Counted from the first letter of the stretch, positions 29,771-40,750 are shown. The stretch is 64,000 nt of DNA from a bacterium (GCA_965204535.1 OZ241996.1:672001-736000), one strand, 5' to 3'. Notes: generated by a model not told the origin, from the sequence alone. Numbers and translations: made by a program.

Positions 29771-30568
29771 ATGATAGTTTGTCCGCGGGATAGCCATGTT
29801 CGCCTCATCTGTCAGCATGACCATGCCCGGGCCGCAGGCGCGATTGCACGAAATTGGATAGGTATTGAATCGCTTCCCTCCCCGCCGGATGAACTCAGAG
29901 AGAAAGTTTTGTTCGCCATCGACAACCATGACGTTGGATGGTGCCGCCCGGATGCCACGCCGAGATGGGATGAAATGACGAAACTGCCTTACAGTTTTTT
30001 CGGCATAACGGCGGACAAGGCGGTGGAAATATGGTCGGAGGGCATTGATGCCTGCGCGTCTTTTCATCCGCTTTCGGGTTGTCTGGTCAGCATTCACTTC
30101 TCTGCGCTCGCCGAGGGAGGCAGAAGGGGGGCGCCCGGCGAAGTTTCCAAAGTGCTGAACGGGTTTATCCACGCTGAATCGAAACGGCAGAAGATGTTGG
30201 ACGCCCTGATTGAGCCGGGACACAAAGGAGCAATCGAAAATTCCGTGTCTTTGCTCAGGGTTTGCGATACGTTATCCCTATTGGCGTGCCGGGCGCCGGA
30301 AATCACCCCACCTGATGACGCTGTCCACCCCTTGAAGCAAAGCGGCTTGAAAGTGAAGACGGCTAACGTGGACGATCTGGAAATATCCCCTTGGCCGTTT
30401 CCAGGGGATTCGATCAAGCTGCGGATGCCGGGATTGGTTCTGCCGGGTGAGTATTTTGCGGATGAAAAAGAACTGGCCGAGGCGTTGCCCCTGGCGGAAC
30501 CCATCGTGTTTTCAAGTGTTCTCAGGCGCTTGCCGGAGTATGCGGCAACCAACCCTCCTCAGGATTGA
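29771..30568 (+). CDS. DUF3891 family protein
   Basis: MIV...LICQHDHA...W...AI.NHDVGW pattern. Confidence 0.7.
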   Translation: MIVCPRDSHVRLICQHDHARAAGAIARNWIGIESLPSPPDELREKVLFAIDNHDVGWCRPDATPRWDEMTKLPYSFFGITADKAVEIWSEGIDACASFHPLSGCLVSIHFSALAEGGRRGAPGEVSKVLNGFIHAESKRQKMLDALIEPGHKGAIENSVSLLRVCDTLSLLACRAPEITPPDDAVHPLKQSGLKVKTANVDDLEISPWPFPGDSIKLRMPGLVLPGEYFADEKELAEALPLAEPIVFSSVLRRLPEYAATNPPQD

Positions 30569-30583
30569 ACTCTTGGAGCTTGG

Positions 30584-32743
30584 ATGAAGAGCGAAACCGC
30601 CGCTTTGGAGTTGAACGTCGTCGCCGGGATTGTCCGGCATGAAGGGCGCATTCTCATTTGTCAGCGCCCTGAGGGTGGACACATGCCGGGTTTTTGGGAA
30701 TTTCCCGGCGGTAAAATAAAGGATGGCGAGAACCCCCGGGAAGCCTTGCAAAGGGAGATATGCGAGGAACTAGGGGTCGAAGTGCGCGTTGGCCCTCTTC
30801 ATTGGGAAACCCGTCACAGCTATCCCGACAGGGACGTCCATCTTCGCTTTTATGATTGCGAATGGAAAAGCGGAGTGGCTCAGAATTTGGGGGTGGCGGA
30901 GCACGAGTGGGTCCATCCTTCTTCGCTCGGGGATTTTGATTTCCTGCCTGCGGATGCGCGGTTGATAGAATCTCTCATGAATGGCGAGGAAATAGGGGAT
31001 TCGGGTGAAGAGGCAAAATCCGTCTCAAAGGCTGGTTTAAGCGCCGCTTATGATACGTGCATAAGAATCGTAGTCGGCCACTACGAAAATTTTCCCGTCG
31101 CCTCGAAGTTGTTGCCGGCGAAGATAAGGCCGCACGTCGCCGCGGTATACGCATTCGCGAGGGGCGCCGATGATATCGCGGATACGACAAGACCCGCACA
31201 AGAGCGGCTCGACCGTCTCGATGAATGGGAAGAAAAACTCGTGTCGGCCCAGAAGGGAGTCGCGGATTCGGACGTGTTCATAGCGCTTTCCCATACGCTT
31301 CAACAATTTGATTTGCCTTTACAGCCATTTCTGGATTTGCTCTCGGCATTCAAACAAGACGTCACAGTCCTCCGGTATCCGAACTATGAAGCCTTGCTCG
31401 ATTATTGCCGCCGCTCGGCGGATCCCGTCGGACGAATCGTTCTCATGCTGCACGGGATACGCGATGAAGAGGCATTTCGCGCCTCGGACGCCATATGCAC
31501 GGCCTTGCAGATTGCGAATCACTTACAAGACGTGAAAGAAGACGCCGAGCGCGGCATCGTCTACATGCCGCAGGATGAGATGAAACGATTCGCTGTCTCC
31601 GAGGATGATTTGCTTGCAGATGCGGCGACGCCTCAATTGCGCGCGTTCCTGGTTTTCCAGATAAAGAGAACAAAAAGACTCTTCAAGCAGGGTTTGCCCC
31701 TTTTGTACCGAACCCGCGGCGCATTGGGCCGTGAACTTCGCGCGATTTGGCGCGGCGGCGTTGCGGCGCTTGACGCAATTTCCCGTGCGGAATGGAACGT
31801 CTGCGCGGGTTCCCCGCTTTTGAATGGCCGGGATAAGGCCCAATCGTTGCTCGCTGCCTTTCGCCCGGTCTATCGACTCGAATCCAGTGTGGATCGGCAT
31901 GCCGAAGAAGAGTTGAACCGCGCATACTGCCGCTGGTTCATTCGTGCGAGCCGGTCGAATTTTTATCTGTCTTTTTTCAGCCTTCCTGCGGAGAAAAGGC
32001 GCGCCATCACGGCGGTTTATGCGTATTGCCGCATGGCCGACGACATCGCCGATGAGCCAGGCGAGCTATCTGGTAAAAAAATCTCGTTGCGCGAGTGGAA
32101 AGAGGCATTGGAGCAGTTGGGCGAGGAGAGTCCAGCCCACCCGATAATCGGGGAACTCGCATGGGCGTCGCGAAAATACGACTTGCCGCCGGAGCATTTC
32201 CAGGCGATTTGTGACGGTGTCGCAATGGATTTGGAAGAGAGCCGATTTGAAGATTTCACGGACCTTGAAAATTATTGTGACAAGGTGGCGTCCGCCGTAG
32301 GGCTGGCGTGTCTGGGCATCTTTGAGGCGAAATCAGTTTTTGCGAAAGACTACGCCGTTTGTTTGGGCAGAGCGCTACAGATGACGAACATTTTGAGAGA
32401 CGTATGGGAAGATGCGGAACAGGGACGCATTTATATTCCGCGAAGCGAAATGGAGAAGTATGGAGTAACGGTATCCGATTTGAGAGACAAAAACGATACT
32501 TCCGAGGTTTTAAGCCTTCTTCGGTTCCTGGCGCATCGGGCGCGTGAATACTATGAGGGGGCGAACGAAGCTTTGAGTTGCGAGAAGACAGGAAACCTTC
32601 TTCCCGCCAGAATCATGGGCCGAATTTATCGGAGACTTCTGAGCGAGATGGAGGAGAATCATTTTCGACATATGGATTATCGCCCCTCTTTGAAGTCCAG
32701 GGAAAAACTCCTGGAAGCGCTTCGCTGTTTTCTGGAAGCATAA
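30584..32743 (+). CDS. Fusion of MutT-like Nudix hydrolase, HpnC and HpnD (squalene synthesis)
   Basis: Nudix box EFPGGK...REICEELG; HpnC HYENFPVAS...YCRRSADPVGR; HpnD SNFY.SF...YAYCR.ADDIAD...LQMTNILRDV.ED. Confidence 0.88.
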   Translation: MKSETAALELNVVAGIVRHEGRILICQRPEGGHMPGFWEFPGGKIKDGENPREALQREICEELGVEVRVGPLHWETRHSYPDRDVHLRFYDCEWKSGVAQNLGVAEHEWVHPSSLGDFDFLPADARLIESLMNGEEIGDSGEEAKSVSKAGLSAAYDTCIRIVVGHYENFPVASKLLPAKIRPHVAAVYAFARGADDIADTTRPAQERLDRLDEWEEKLVSAQKGVADSDVFIALSHTLQQFDLPLQPFLDLLSAFKQDVTVLRYPNYEALLDYCRRSADPVGRIVLMLHGIRDEEAFRASDAICTALQIANHLQDVKEDAERGIVYMPQDEMKRFAVSEDDLLADAATPQLRAFLVFQIKRTKRLFKQGLPLLYRTRGALGRELRAIWRGGVAALDAISRAEWNVCAGSPLLNGRDKAQSLLAAFRPVYRLESSVDRHAEEELNRAYCRWFIRASRSNFYLSFFSLPAEKRRAITAVYAYCRMADDIADEPGELSGKKISLREWKEALEQLGEESPAHPIIGELAWASRKYDLPPEHFQAICDGVAMDLEESRFEDFTDLENYCDKVASAVGLACLGIFEAKSVFAKDYAVCLGRALQMTNILRDVWEDAEQGRIYIPRSEMEKYGVTVSDLRDKNDTSEVLSLLRFLAHRAREYYEGANEALSCEKTGNLLPARIMGRIYRRLLSEMEENHFRHMDYRPSLKSREKLLEALRCFLEA

Positions 32744-34099
32744 ATGCCTGAACCTGTCGGATTCGAGCGACCGGTTGTCATCGTCGGCGGCGGCGCCGCA
32801 GGGCTGTCCGCTGCCTTACGCCTTGCCGAGTCGGGCATCAAAGTAATCGTGCTCGAGGCGGGGAAGTTGCTCGGCGGCCGGGCGCGCAGTTTCATTCACT
32901 CATCCACGGGTTTGGAGCTGGACTGGGGCCCGCATTTGTTCATGGCGGCCAATCCGGCGTTGCGCTCATTGTTGGAAAGAGTTGGCGCCACTGATGATGT
33001 TTTGTTCTCACCCTCCCTGGAAGTGAGCTACCGGATTCGGGAAGCGGATTCGGCTAGACGCACGCAATTGTCATTTCCGGAAGGTGGAGGAGTTTTGGCG
33101 CAACTCCGGGGCTTGCTCAAATGGCGTGGCCCTCGTCTTGGGGAGAAAGTGAATCTTCTGAAAGGTCTTTCGAAGATAATTTCCGAATCGAATGATGAAA
33201 ACCCGAATGAATCCATGTATGAAATGCTGGGGCGGCTGGGCCAGAAGGATGAAACAGTGCGCTGGTTTTGGGAGCCGTTTGCGCGCGCGGTGTTGAACTT
33301 GCCTTTGGAGCAGGGGAGTGCGGAATTGTTCAAGGCGGTGATTCGGGAAGCCTTCGCCGATGGACCAAAGGGAGCTGCGCTGGGGGTGCCGATGAAGGCT
33401 TTGGGAACGCTTTGGGCGAATAGAGCAGCTCAACGCATCCGGCACCACGGCGGAGAGTTGAGGCTTCAGCAGCCCGCCGTCGGGTTCGACGTCAAGAATT
33501 CAATAATGAGGGGCGTGATTCTGAAAGAGAGCGAGACCTTGCATGCGGCTGCCGTTATTTCCGCCGTGCCGCCTGACGCCCTTGGCAGACTGCTGGGCGG
33601 GGAACTCAGTGAGCGGGCGCCCTTCTCGAATCTGGGAAAACTACGCCCGGGGCCTATTGCCAGCGCCTATTGCTGGCTTGAGGAACCGGATGAGGGGCCT
33701 CCTTTCGAAGCGATTGTAGATGAGGAATGGGACTGGCTGTTTCGCCCGGAATCCAGTGGAAAAGGCGCGAGGAATCTGGTGTGTCTGTTGGCAGGAGCGG
33801 AAGATTCCATCGCATCTGCTGAGCGATCGACTATCGAGTCTTCTGCGAGAGATTGTCTGAATCGAATGATTCCCGGTAACCATATTCGAGATATTTTGGT
33901 GGTGCGGGAGCGCGCCGCTACCTGGGCGAACGGGGTAGCGGAGCAAAGATACCGGGTAGATACGAAAACGCCGATAGAGGGTTTTTTTCTGGCTGGAGAC
34001 TGGACTCGCACGGGATTGCCGGCCACCGTAGAGGGTGCGGTGAGAAGCGGGGAAAATGCAGCACAGGCGGTTTTAGAGTATACCGAGGCCAGCGTGTAG
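32744..34099 (+). CDS. hpnE: Hydroxysqualene dehydroxylase (FAD-dependent)
   Basis: GGGAAGLSAA, GGRARSF, D.G.H, LAGDWT.TGLPAT.EGAVRSG; directly follows the hpnC/D fusion. Confidence 0.9.
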   Translation: MPEPVGFERPVVIVGGGAAGLSAALRLAESGIKVIVLEAGKLLGGRARSFIHSSTGLELDWGPHLFMAANPALRSLLERVGATDDVLFSPSLEVSYRIREADSARRTQLSFPEGGGVLAQLRGLLKWRGPRLGEKVNLLKGLSKIISESNDENPNESMYEMLGRLGQKDETVRWFWEPFARAVLNLPLEQGSAELFKAVIREAFADGPKGAALGVPMKALGTLWANRAAQRIRHHGGELRLQQPAVGFDVKNSIMRGVILKESETLHAAAVISAVPPDALGRLLGGELSERAPFSNLGKLRPGPIASAYCWLEEPDEGPPFEAIVDEEWDWLFRPESSGKGARNLVCLLAGAEDSIASAERSTIESSARDCLNRMIPGNHIRDILVVRERAATWANGVAEQRYRVDTKTPIEGFFLAGDWTRTGLPATVEGAVRSGENAAQAVLEYTEASV

Positions 34100-34135
34100 C
34101 TTTTACCCGATGAGATACGATGATAGGGAGGAAAG

Positions 34136-34342
34136 TTATTCTTCTTGTTTGGTTACATTCGCCGCCTGAAGTCCTTTGGGACCTTGGGTGATCTCGAATG
34201 TGACCTTTTCACCTTCTTTCAGTGATTTGAATCCATCCGCAACGATGGCGGAAAAGTGAACGAAGATGTCGTCGCCATCTTCCCGAGAAATGAAGCCATA
34301 CCCCTTTTTGTCGCTAAACCACTTCACTGTTCCTTCTGGCAC
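34136..34342 (-). CDS. cspA: Cold-shock protein
   Basis: GTVKWF..KKGYGFI...DIFVHFSAI; GTG start with GGAGG RBS. Confidence 0.95.
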   Translation of the reverse strand: MPEGTVKWFSDKKGYGFISREDGDDIFVHFSAIVADGFKSLKEGEKVTFEITQGPKGLQAANVTKQEE

Positions 34343-34505
34343 TTACAATCCTCCCGCGCGAGACCCCTCATGAGGTCGAGGATATCATGCCCAGCCCCAG
34401 CCTGGACTCTGATTCACAAGGGAATGCGAACTCCCCCCATCAAAGCGAACGAGATACAGTATAACATGCGTTGTTGAGAAGATTGTGTCAAGCAAAAAAT
34501 TTCCA

Positions 34506-36131
34506 TTACTCTGCGCGAACGTCTTTTGAAGCCACATAGCCGTCAGGATTGATAACGGCGTCGATGACCCAGGGTATATCGGATGAAAATGCACGAGCGA
34601 GTGCATCTTTCAATTCTTTTTCAGTAGAAACTCTCTCGCCCTCACAACCCAGTCCTTTCGCCACCGACGAATAGTCGGAATCTCGGAACTCGGTGCCAAA
34701 ACGCGGGAAAGAGCGGTTGTCTTGTTTGATTTTGATCAGGTTCAGGTAGCGGTCGTTGAATACGACGGTGACGAAGGGGATATTTTCTCGAACGGCGACT
34801 TCCATGTCGCCAATCCGCATGAGAAAACCCCCATCCCCGGTGAGGCAGACAACCGGTGTGTCTGGTTCGATTAACTTGGCGGCCATAGCGGCGGGTGTGG
34901 CAACCGCCATCGAACCCAGCCCGCTGGAGGTCAGATAACCCAGAGGGCGCCTCGTCTCCCAAATGTCATTGGCGAGTACTTTATGGCTCCCTGCATCCGC
35001 GGTCATGATACCGTTGTCGGGGAGACATTCCCGCGCAATCCGAATGACGGCACCGGGCATCAAGCCCTCTCCGGTGGGGAACAATTCGGATTGCCTCATT
35101 TTTTTATAGGAATCCATCTCCTCGGTGTTCCAGGCATGGCTGGGGGAGACGGTAGCGCTCAACTCCCTGAGGATGTCGGCAAGGTGGCCAACGACTTCAA
35201 TTTCCGGCCGAATCAAATCATCGAGATGCGGAACTTCATCGAGATTGATCACTTTCTGGGGATAGTCCCAGTATCCGGGTGCAAACACTTCCACCGTGTC
35301 GAATCCCACCAACAGAAACAAGTCCGACTTGTCTATCAATTCCCGTTCTGAGGGAGCGCCTCGGAAGGTGCCCATGGCAAGGGGATGGTGTTCCGGCAAG
35401 GCGCCTTTCGCCGAAGGTGCGGCGAGAACGGGCGCACCGAGTTTTTCGGCGAATGATATGAATTCTTTTTCCGCTTCTCGTCCCGAGCGGTTTATCTGGA
35501 GTCCTGCTATCACTATCGGGTTTTTCGACTCCGAAATTGCGTTGAGAGTTGCGCCGATGCCAGGGTGTGCCGACCCGGTGCGGCCGATAAATTTTTCTGG
35601 GGTCTCCTTGGGGGGGAAATCGTCTTCTGAAGCGCTTGCCAGCATGACGTCGTAGGGGAGGTCCACATGCACGGGACCCGGCCTTCCCTCCACCGCCAAG
35701 GCCAGTGCCCGCCTGATGGCTACCGCGGCGTTGTCTTTCGCGAGCTTAATCGTACCTTTCGTAATTGGAAGAAATAAACGATCCTGATCGAGTTTTTGCC
35801 GTCCCTGACGTCGAAACTGCTCGTCGGAGAAGCGGTCGGTCAAAATGAGACAGGGAGCACGCTCAAGATAGTTGTTTGCCACGCCGTGGAGGACCGCAGC
35901 CGCCCCCGGGCCGACACCCGTACTCACGACTCCCGGTCGTCCAGTCATGATGCCGTACGTTCCCGCCTTCACGGCTGCGCTGCTCTCGTTGCTGCATAGG
36001 ATGTAGCGGATGTTCCGCTTTCTCGCAGCTTCGATGAGTTCGACGGAACTTAAACTTCCAGGAACCCCGAAAATGAATTCGATGCCCGCGTCTTGAAGGA
36101 CTTCCGCCACAACGTCGGCATACGTAGACAT
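34506..36131 (-). CDS. Thiamine pyrophosphate-dependent enzyme (acetolactate synthase-like)
   Basis: FGVPG, GRPGPVHVDLP, GDGGFLM...VVFND; probable start MSTYADVV with AGGA RBS. Confidence 0.9.
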   Translation of the reverse strand: MSTYADVVAEVLQDAGIEFIFGVPGSLSSVELIEAARKRNIRYILCSNESSAAVKAGTYGIMTGRPGVVSTGVGPGAAAVLHGVANNYLERAPCLILTDRFSDEQFRRQGRQKLDQDRLFLPITKGTIKLAKDNAAVAIRRALALAVEGRPGPVHVDLPYDVMLASASEDDFPPKETPEKFIGRTGSAHPGIGATLNAISESKNPIVIAGLQINRSGREAEKEFISFAEKLGAPVLAAPSAKGALPEHHPLAMGTFRGAPSERELIDKSDLFLLVGFDTVEVFAPGYWDYPQKVINLDEVPHLDDLIRPEIEVVGHLADILRELSATVSPSHAWNTEEMDSYKKMRQSELFPTGEGLMPGAVIRIARECLPDNGIMTADAGSHKVLANDIWETRRPLGYLTSSGLGSMAVATPAAMAAKLIEPDTPVVCLTGDGGFLMRIGDMEVAVRENIPFVTVVFNDRYLNLIKIKQDNRSFPRFGTEFRDSDYSSVAKGLGCEGERVSTEKELKDALARAFSSDIPWVIDAVINPDGYVASKDVRAE

Positions 36132-36235
36132 GCAATTCCTCTTGGCGAGCGCGAATTGTGGATAAGTTCGAATGATAATACCATATTTCAATGGCTGAGA
36201 TAGGGGAAGACGCTCACTAACCGGGGAGTGGCATT

Positions 36236-37078
36236 TTGTCGTTGAGTGACTCGCAATTAGAGGCGGTCTGTCATTTATTCAATGATGGCTCATCGCGTGT
36301 AAGGACGGCTTTGGACCGCCAGGTTGCCGAATTTTCGACTGAGGAGCAGAAAAGACTTCTGGATATGATGAAGAAGCATGAGACGAGCGAGGTGATACTG
36401 CCGCCATCGCTTCGGGAATTTCATTACAGTCAAATCGAGATTGCTTTTTCGGACTGGTCTCTTTCCTCGGTGGATGGTGTGGATCTGGAAGACGCTTGCT
36501 TCTTGTTGGCGTCTTTCGGCCATCCGCTCGAAAACATGGAAACGAAAAGAGACGAACTGCTGGGTATGGAAAATCATTTGCGGAGGCGATTGGAGGGTAT
36601 AGTCAAAGCCGATGCCATTGTCGACGAATTCGTGGAGTATCTACATGGGGAGCTTCGCTTCGATGGCGAGCGGGACAATTATTATGATGCGCAGAACAGT
36701 TTCATGAATCGCGTATTGGAGCGCAGGCGCGGCATCCCCATATCGCTTTCCGCTTTGTATTTGATTTTTGCCGGGCGGTTGGGACTTCCCTTTTACGGAG
36801 TCGGAATGCCGGGACATTTTATCGTGAAATACCAAGGTGATGAGCAACCCATATTTTTGGATCCCTTCGACAGGGGAAAACGCTTAAGCGTAGGGGATTG
36901 CGCGGCGATTGTGCGGAGCTTCGGGTATCATTTCGACATGCGGTTTTTACAGGAAACTCCCCCTCGCCGCATTGTGGAGAGAATGATCAACAATCTGCTT
37001 GGAGTTTATAAACGTGACGGAGAAGAAGAAAAGGCAACCTGCCTGCTTCGCTGTCGAGAACTGGTGCAACGAGTCTAA
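36236..37078 (+). CDS. SirB1/transglutaminase-like (Transglut_core2) protein
   Basis: F.G...NYYD..NS....VLERRRGIPISLS, PGHF, DPF..G. Confidence 0.88.
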   Translation: MSLSDSQLEAVCHLFNDGSSRVRTALDRQVAEFSTEEQKRLLDMMKKHETSEVILPPSLREFHYSQIEIAFSDWSLSSVDGVDLEDACFLLASFGHPLENMETKRDELLGMENHLRRRLEGIVKADAIVDEFVEYLHGELRFDGERDNYYDAQNSFMNRVLERRRGIPISLSALYLIFAGRLGLPFYGVGMPGHFIVKYQGDEQPIFLDPFDRGKRLSVGDCAAIVRSFGYHFDMRFLQETPPRRIVERMINNLLGVYKRDGEEEKATCLLRCRELVQRV

Positions 37079-37101
37079 AACTATCGTCGAGGAAAAGGGG
37101 T

Positions 37102-37566
37102 ATGGACTACTTTGAGTTGGCGGAAAATCTGGTGTTCGGGAGTCAGCCGGACCGGAAGGATATGGAATCTCTGGCGAATAAGGGGATTAAAACCCTGGTC
37201 AATTTGCGTTTCGCCGATGAGGAAGAACCGGAGTTGCCACCCGATGCAGAACGAGAGGCAGCGAGGGAACTGGGAATGGACTTTGTGAATATTCCCGTGA
37301 ACGCCGCCACCATAAACGATGCGTTATCCGGACAAATCCATGAAGCGCTCCATGAGGCCAGGAAAGACGGTCCGGTATACGTTCACTGAAAAGGCGTGGG
37401 GCGAGCCGGGATTTGCTCGCTTGTTCACTTGGCCGAAGAAGAAGGCCTAAGCGGAGACGAAGTGCTGCAAAAAGCCCGAGAGATTGGTTTTGACTGGGCG
37501 GCCTCGTCCATCGGAGGGTATTTCGAGGAATTCGCCAACCGCAAGAAGAATACCGGCGCATCGTAG
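37102..37566 (+). CDS. DUF442/PTP-like sulfurtransferase-phosphatase, probable selenoprotein (U96, H-U-K-G-V-G-R)
   Basis: SQP...GIKT.VNLR...IPV...PVYVH-UGA-KGVGRAG continues to TAG 37564-66; hairpin after the UGA. Confidence 0.82.
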
Positions 37567-37587
37567 AATGGCGTCGCAGCTATAAGT

Positions 37588-37620
37588 AAAGAGGGGAGTC
37601 GTTTTCTCCCCTCTTTTTTT
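37588..37620 (+). terminator. Intrinsic terminator, possibly bidirectional
   Basis: AAA-GAGGGGAG-tcgtttt-CTCCCCTC-TTTTTTT between convergent genes. Confidence 0.8.
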
Positions 37621-37631
37621 GTGTTCAACCT

Positions 37632-39323
37632 CTATTCGTCCGTCACGCAACCCTCCGATGCGGAAGATACGCACTTGGCGTACTTGTAGAGTGTGCCCTT
37701 GGTGAATTTAAGCGGGGGCGCACTCCAGTTCTGTCGCCGTCGCTCTATCTCCTCCTCGGGCACTTTGAGTTCCATGACGCGGTTTTGGGCGTCAATCAAA
37801 ACAATGTCGTCGTCTTCAACGAGAGCAAGCAGGCCGCCGGTTTGGGCTTCAGGCGTGACATGTCCGACGACGAAACCATGCGTGCCGCCCGAGAACCTCC
37901 CGTCCGTGATAAGGGCGAGGTCGTTTCCGAGGCCGGCTCCCATGATTGCGGACGTAACCGTCAGCATCTCCCGCATTCCGGGACCGCCCCTGGGGCCTTC
38001 GTAGCGGATGATGACGACGTCTCCTTTTTCAACCCTGTTTTCCTCCAGTCCTTTGAGGGCGTCTTCCTCGGAATCGAAACAACGCGCGGGACCCTCGAAG
38101 CGTTCTCCCTCTTTTCCTGTGATCTTGGCGACGGCGCCCTCACTCGCAAGGTTTCCGTAGAGAATCTGGAGGTGGCCTGTTTTCTTGATGGGAGAAGAAA
38201 GCGGCACGATGACTTTCTGTCCCGTATGAAGGTCAGGCAAGGCTTCGATGTTTTCTCCGAGTGTCTGGCCTGTGACGGTGAGGCAATCGCCGTGGAGAAG
38301 ACCTTTTTTCAAAAGAAGTTTTTGAACGGCCGGCACGCCGCCCACGTCGTGGAGGTCTTCCATGACGAATTTTCCGCTGGGCTTCAAATCTGCAACGTAA
38401 GGCGTTCTGTCGCTGATTTCCTGAAAGTCGTCAATCGTGAGTTCGATCCCGACGGCCTTGGCGATGGCGATGTAGTGTAAGACAGCGTTCGTCGAGCCGC
38501 CGAGCGCCATGATGATGGTGATCGCGTTCTCGAAAGCTTCTCTCGTCATGATGTCGCTGGGCTTGATGTCGTTTTCGAGCAGGTGATAGACGGCTTTCCC
38601 CACGTCGAGACACTCGTTTTTCTTGTCCTCACTCATGGCGGGATTCGATGAACTGTAGGGCAGGCTCATGCCCAGCGTTTCAATGGATGAGGACATCGTG
38701 TTCGCCGTATACATCCCCCCGCAGGCCCCACCGCTCGGGCAGGCATGCCGGATGACCGCCTGGAAGCGTTCTTCGTCGATTTTATCCGAGAAATATTCGC
38801 CATAGGCCTGGAAGGCGGAGACCACGTCCAGCTTGTCTCCATTCAGAAACCCCGGGCTGATGGTGCCGCCATAAACCATCAGGCTGGGCCGGTTGAGCCG
38901 CGCCATCGCCATGATGGAGCCGGGCATGTTCTTATCGCAGCCGGGGAGTGTGACGAGGGCGTCATACCATTGCGCTCCGACGACGGTCTCGATCGAATCG
39001 GCGATGAGGTCCCGGGATTGCAGGGAGTATTTCATGCCCTCCGTGCCCATGGAGATACCGTCGCTCACGCCGATCGTGTTGAAAATGAGACCGACCATTT
39101 TCTTCTCGGCGTTCACGCTTTGCTTGATGTATTCGGCGAGCCGGTTGAGGTGAAAATTGCAGGAATTTCCCTCCCACCACATGCTGGCGATGCCGACCTG
39201 GGGGTTTTTCATGTCGATTTCATCCAGCCCCGCGCCGTAGAGCATGGCCTGTGAGGCGGCCTGTGAGGGCGGCTGAGTGATGCGCCGGCTAAATCGATTC
39301 AGGGCTGTTTTCTGCTCCATCAT
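37632..39323 (-). CDS. ilvD: Dihydroxy-acid dehydratase
   Basis: [50 protein letters not shown]. Confidence 0.97.
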   Translation of the reverse strand: MMEQKTALNRFSRRITQPPSQAASQAMLYGAGLDEIDMKNPQVGIASMWWEGNSCNFHLNRLAEYIKQSVNAEKKMVGLIFNTIGVSDGISMGTEGMKYSLQSRDLIADSIETVVGAQWYDALVTLPGCDKNMPGSIMAMARLNRPSLMVYGGTISPGFLNGDKLDVVSAFQAYGEYFSDKIDEERFQAVIRHACPSGGACGGMYTANTMSSSIETLGMSLPYSSSNPAMSEDKKNECLDVGKAVYHLLENDIKPSDIMTREAFENAITIIMALGGSTNAVLHYIAIAKAVGIELTIDDFQEISDRTPYVADLKPSGKFVMEDLHDVGGVPAVQKLLLKKGLLHGDCLTVTGQTLGENIEALPDLHTGQKVIVPLSSPIKKTGHLQILYGNLASEGAVAKITGKEGERFEGPARCFDSEEDALKGLEENRVEKGDVVIIRYEGPRGGPGMREMLTVTSAIMGAGLGNDLALITDGRFSGGTHGFVVGHVTPEAQTGGLLALVEDDDIVLIDAQNRVMELKVPEEEIERRRQNWSAPPLKFTKGTLYKYAKCVSSASEGCVTDE

Positions 39324-39469
39324 TATTTTCTCCTGTTCTCTTCTTTTCTTGCTGAGAAAAACGATTCAAATCGCGTCGCGTTGATTTTTGCGTTTGGGGC
39401 GGAAAAACCCTCACCAGATAGTCGCACAGTTTCTGGCATATCTATATACCAAGGACATCATGAGCGACT

Positions 39470-40750
39470 CTACCACAACCTCAAGAAAATCGCGGAGGGG
39501 AAGCTCTCAGGCGTAGAAGGAAACATTTTTTTCTTCGCTGGCTTCGGAGATACGGGTTTCGAAGGAACCGTGGTGGGGTCTTCCGTTTTTTCAGAATTAT
39601 CCATGAGAGAAGCCGTAACAGGTGCGCGGCTCGGTGATTTTTCGGGATTCGATTTTATTTTTACTCCCGCGGTATTCACTTTTTTCACGATCTGTTGATT
39701 CGTATCCTGCGGCTTCGCGGGGAGATGATTTCTTTTCTCATGGGTGATTTCTTTTTGAGGCTCTTTGGCTGCAGTAGTGACCACGCTTGCCTGGCGGCTT
39801 CGAATAGCCTGGGTTTTTGGCGCAGGATGCGAGCCGTTGCCGTTTAGCGCCGGTTTCGGTGTTTTCTTTTCGGAATTGGTTTTTTTGACGTTTCGGGTTT
39901 TTTCTTCCGGCGGCTTGGGAGAGGGCCTCGTTTTGGGCTTTCCGGCCTCGAGGCTTCTTTTTTCTTTCAGGATTGGTTTTGTTTTTGCGGGCGCCCGAGT
40001 ATGTTTTCGCGGCGTTTGAACTTGAACCGGCTTGGTATGAATCCTTTTCTGTCCACATCCGCGCAGACGGTCGAGATTCTGGGCGTCCAGGGGCTGAGAA
40101 CACACATCGCGCGCATTCGACTTATGGGCGACTTCTATGCCGTCTATGAACCCATCCCCATCACTGTCGGCGAGGAGCGGATTCAAGCCGCGCGAAATTT
40201 CATCCCCATCGTCGAGCAGGTCGCCGTCCGTATCCGCCTTGAGCGGATTGGTCCTGTACCGGCGGATTTCCAAAGAGTCGGATATTTTGTCCTCATCTGT
40301 ATCAGGATTGTCCGGTTTTGTTTTGTATTTTCGGAATTCCACTATATCGGTGAGGCCGTCGGCATCCGTATCGACGCATTGTTTTCTTTGCATCTTCTCT
40401 TCCGCGCGCTTGATGGCCGCCCGCGCCCTCCTGATGAAACGGGTTAGTTGCGCCATGGTGGCGGTTCTTTTCTCCTCCACCGCCTGATAAACGGCGAAAC
40501 GAGCCACTCCGAAGAGCAGCGGAGCGCAAAGTCCCAAGTCGCCTTTTTGGTCAAGTCGGTCGAATTCACGGGTCAGTTGGGTGAATTCTACTTCAATGGC
40601 GTTTTTCAGGATTTTGACGGAGCTTTCCTTGACTTTGGGAAGAAAGGGGTCGGCGCAGCCGGACAGACTTATTCCCAAAGCGAGCAGAATGAAGAGCGTT
40701 GAAGATCTGAAAAAGTGCTTTTTCGTGTCAGACAATTTCCATATCCTCAC
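39470..40750 (-). CDS. Lipoprotein with DTDxDGLxD (thrombospondin type-3-like Ca-binding) repeats and Lys/Pro-rich tail
   Basis: Lipobox LSGC; repeats DTDADGLTD, DTDEDKISD, DTDGDLLDD, DSDGDGFID; start uncertain. Confidence 0.75.
   Translation of the reverse strand: MRIWKLSDTKKHFFRSSTLFILLALGISLSGCADPFLPKVKESSVKILKNAIEVEFTQLTREFDRLDQKGDLGLCAPLLFGVARFAVYQAVEEKRTATMAQLTRFIRRARAAIKRAEEKMQRKQCVDTDADGLTDIVEFRKYKTKPDNPDTDEDKISDSLEIRRYRTNPLKADTDGDLLDDGDEISRGLNPLLADSDGDGFIDGIEVAHKSNARDVCSQPLDAQNLDRLRGCGQKRIHTKPVQVQTPRKHTRAPAKTKPILKEKRSLEAGKPKTRPSPKPPEEKTRNVKKTNSEKKTPKPALNGNGSHPAPKTQAIRSRQASVVTTAAKEPQKEITHEKRNHLPAKPQDTNQQIVKKVNTAGVKIKSNPEKSPSRAPVTASLMDNSEKTEDPTTVPSKPVSPKPAKKKMFPSTPESFPSAIFLRLW

Noticed and set aside
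37387-37389. Genome-wide UGA reassignment or pseudogenisation as the explanation for in-frame TGAs
   Set aside because: TGA terminates many normal genes here (queC, priA, cobB), and the three internal TGAs all fall on catalytic Cys positions with 3' hairpins, favouring selenocysteine
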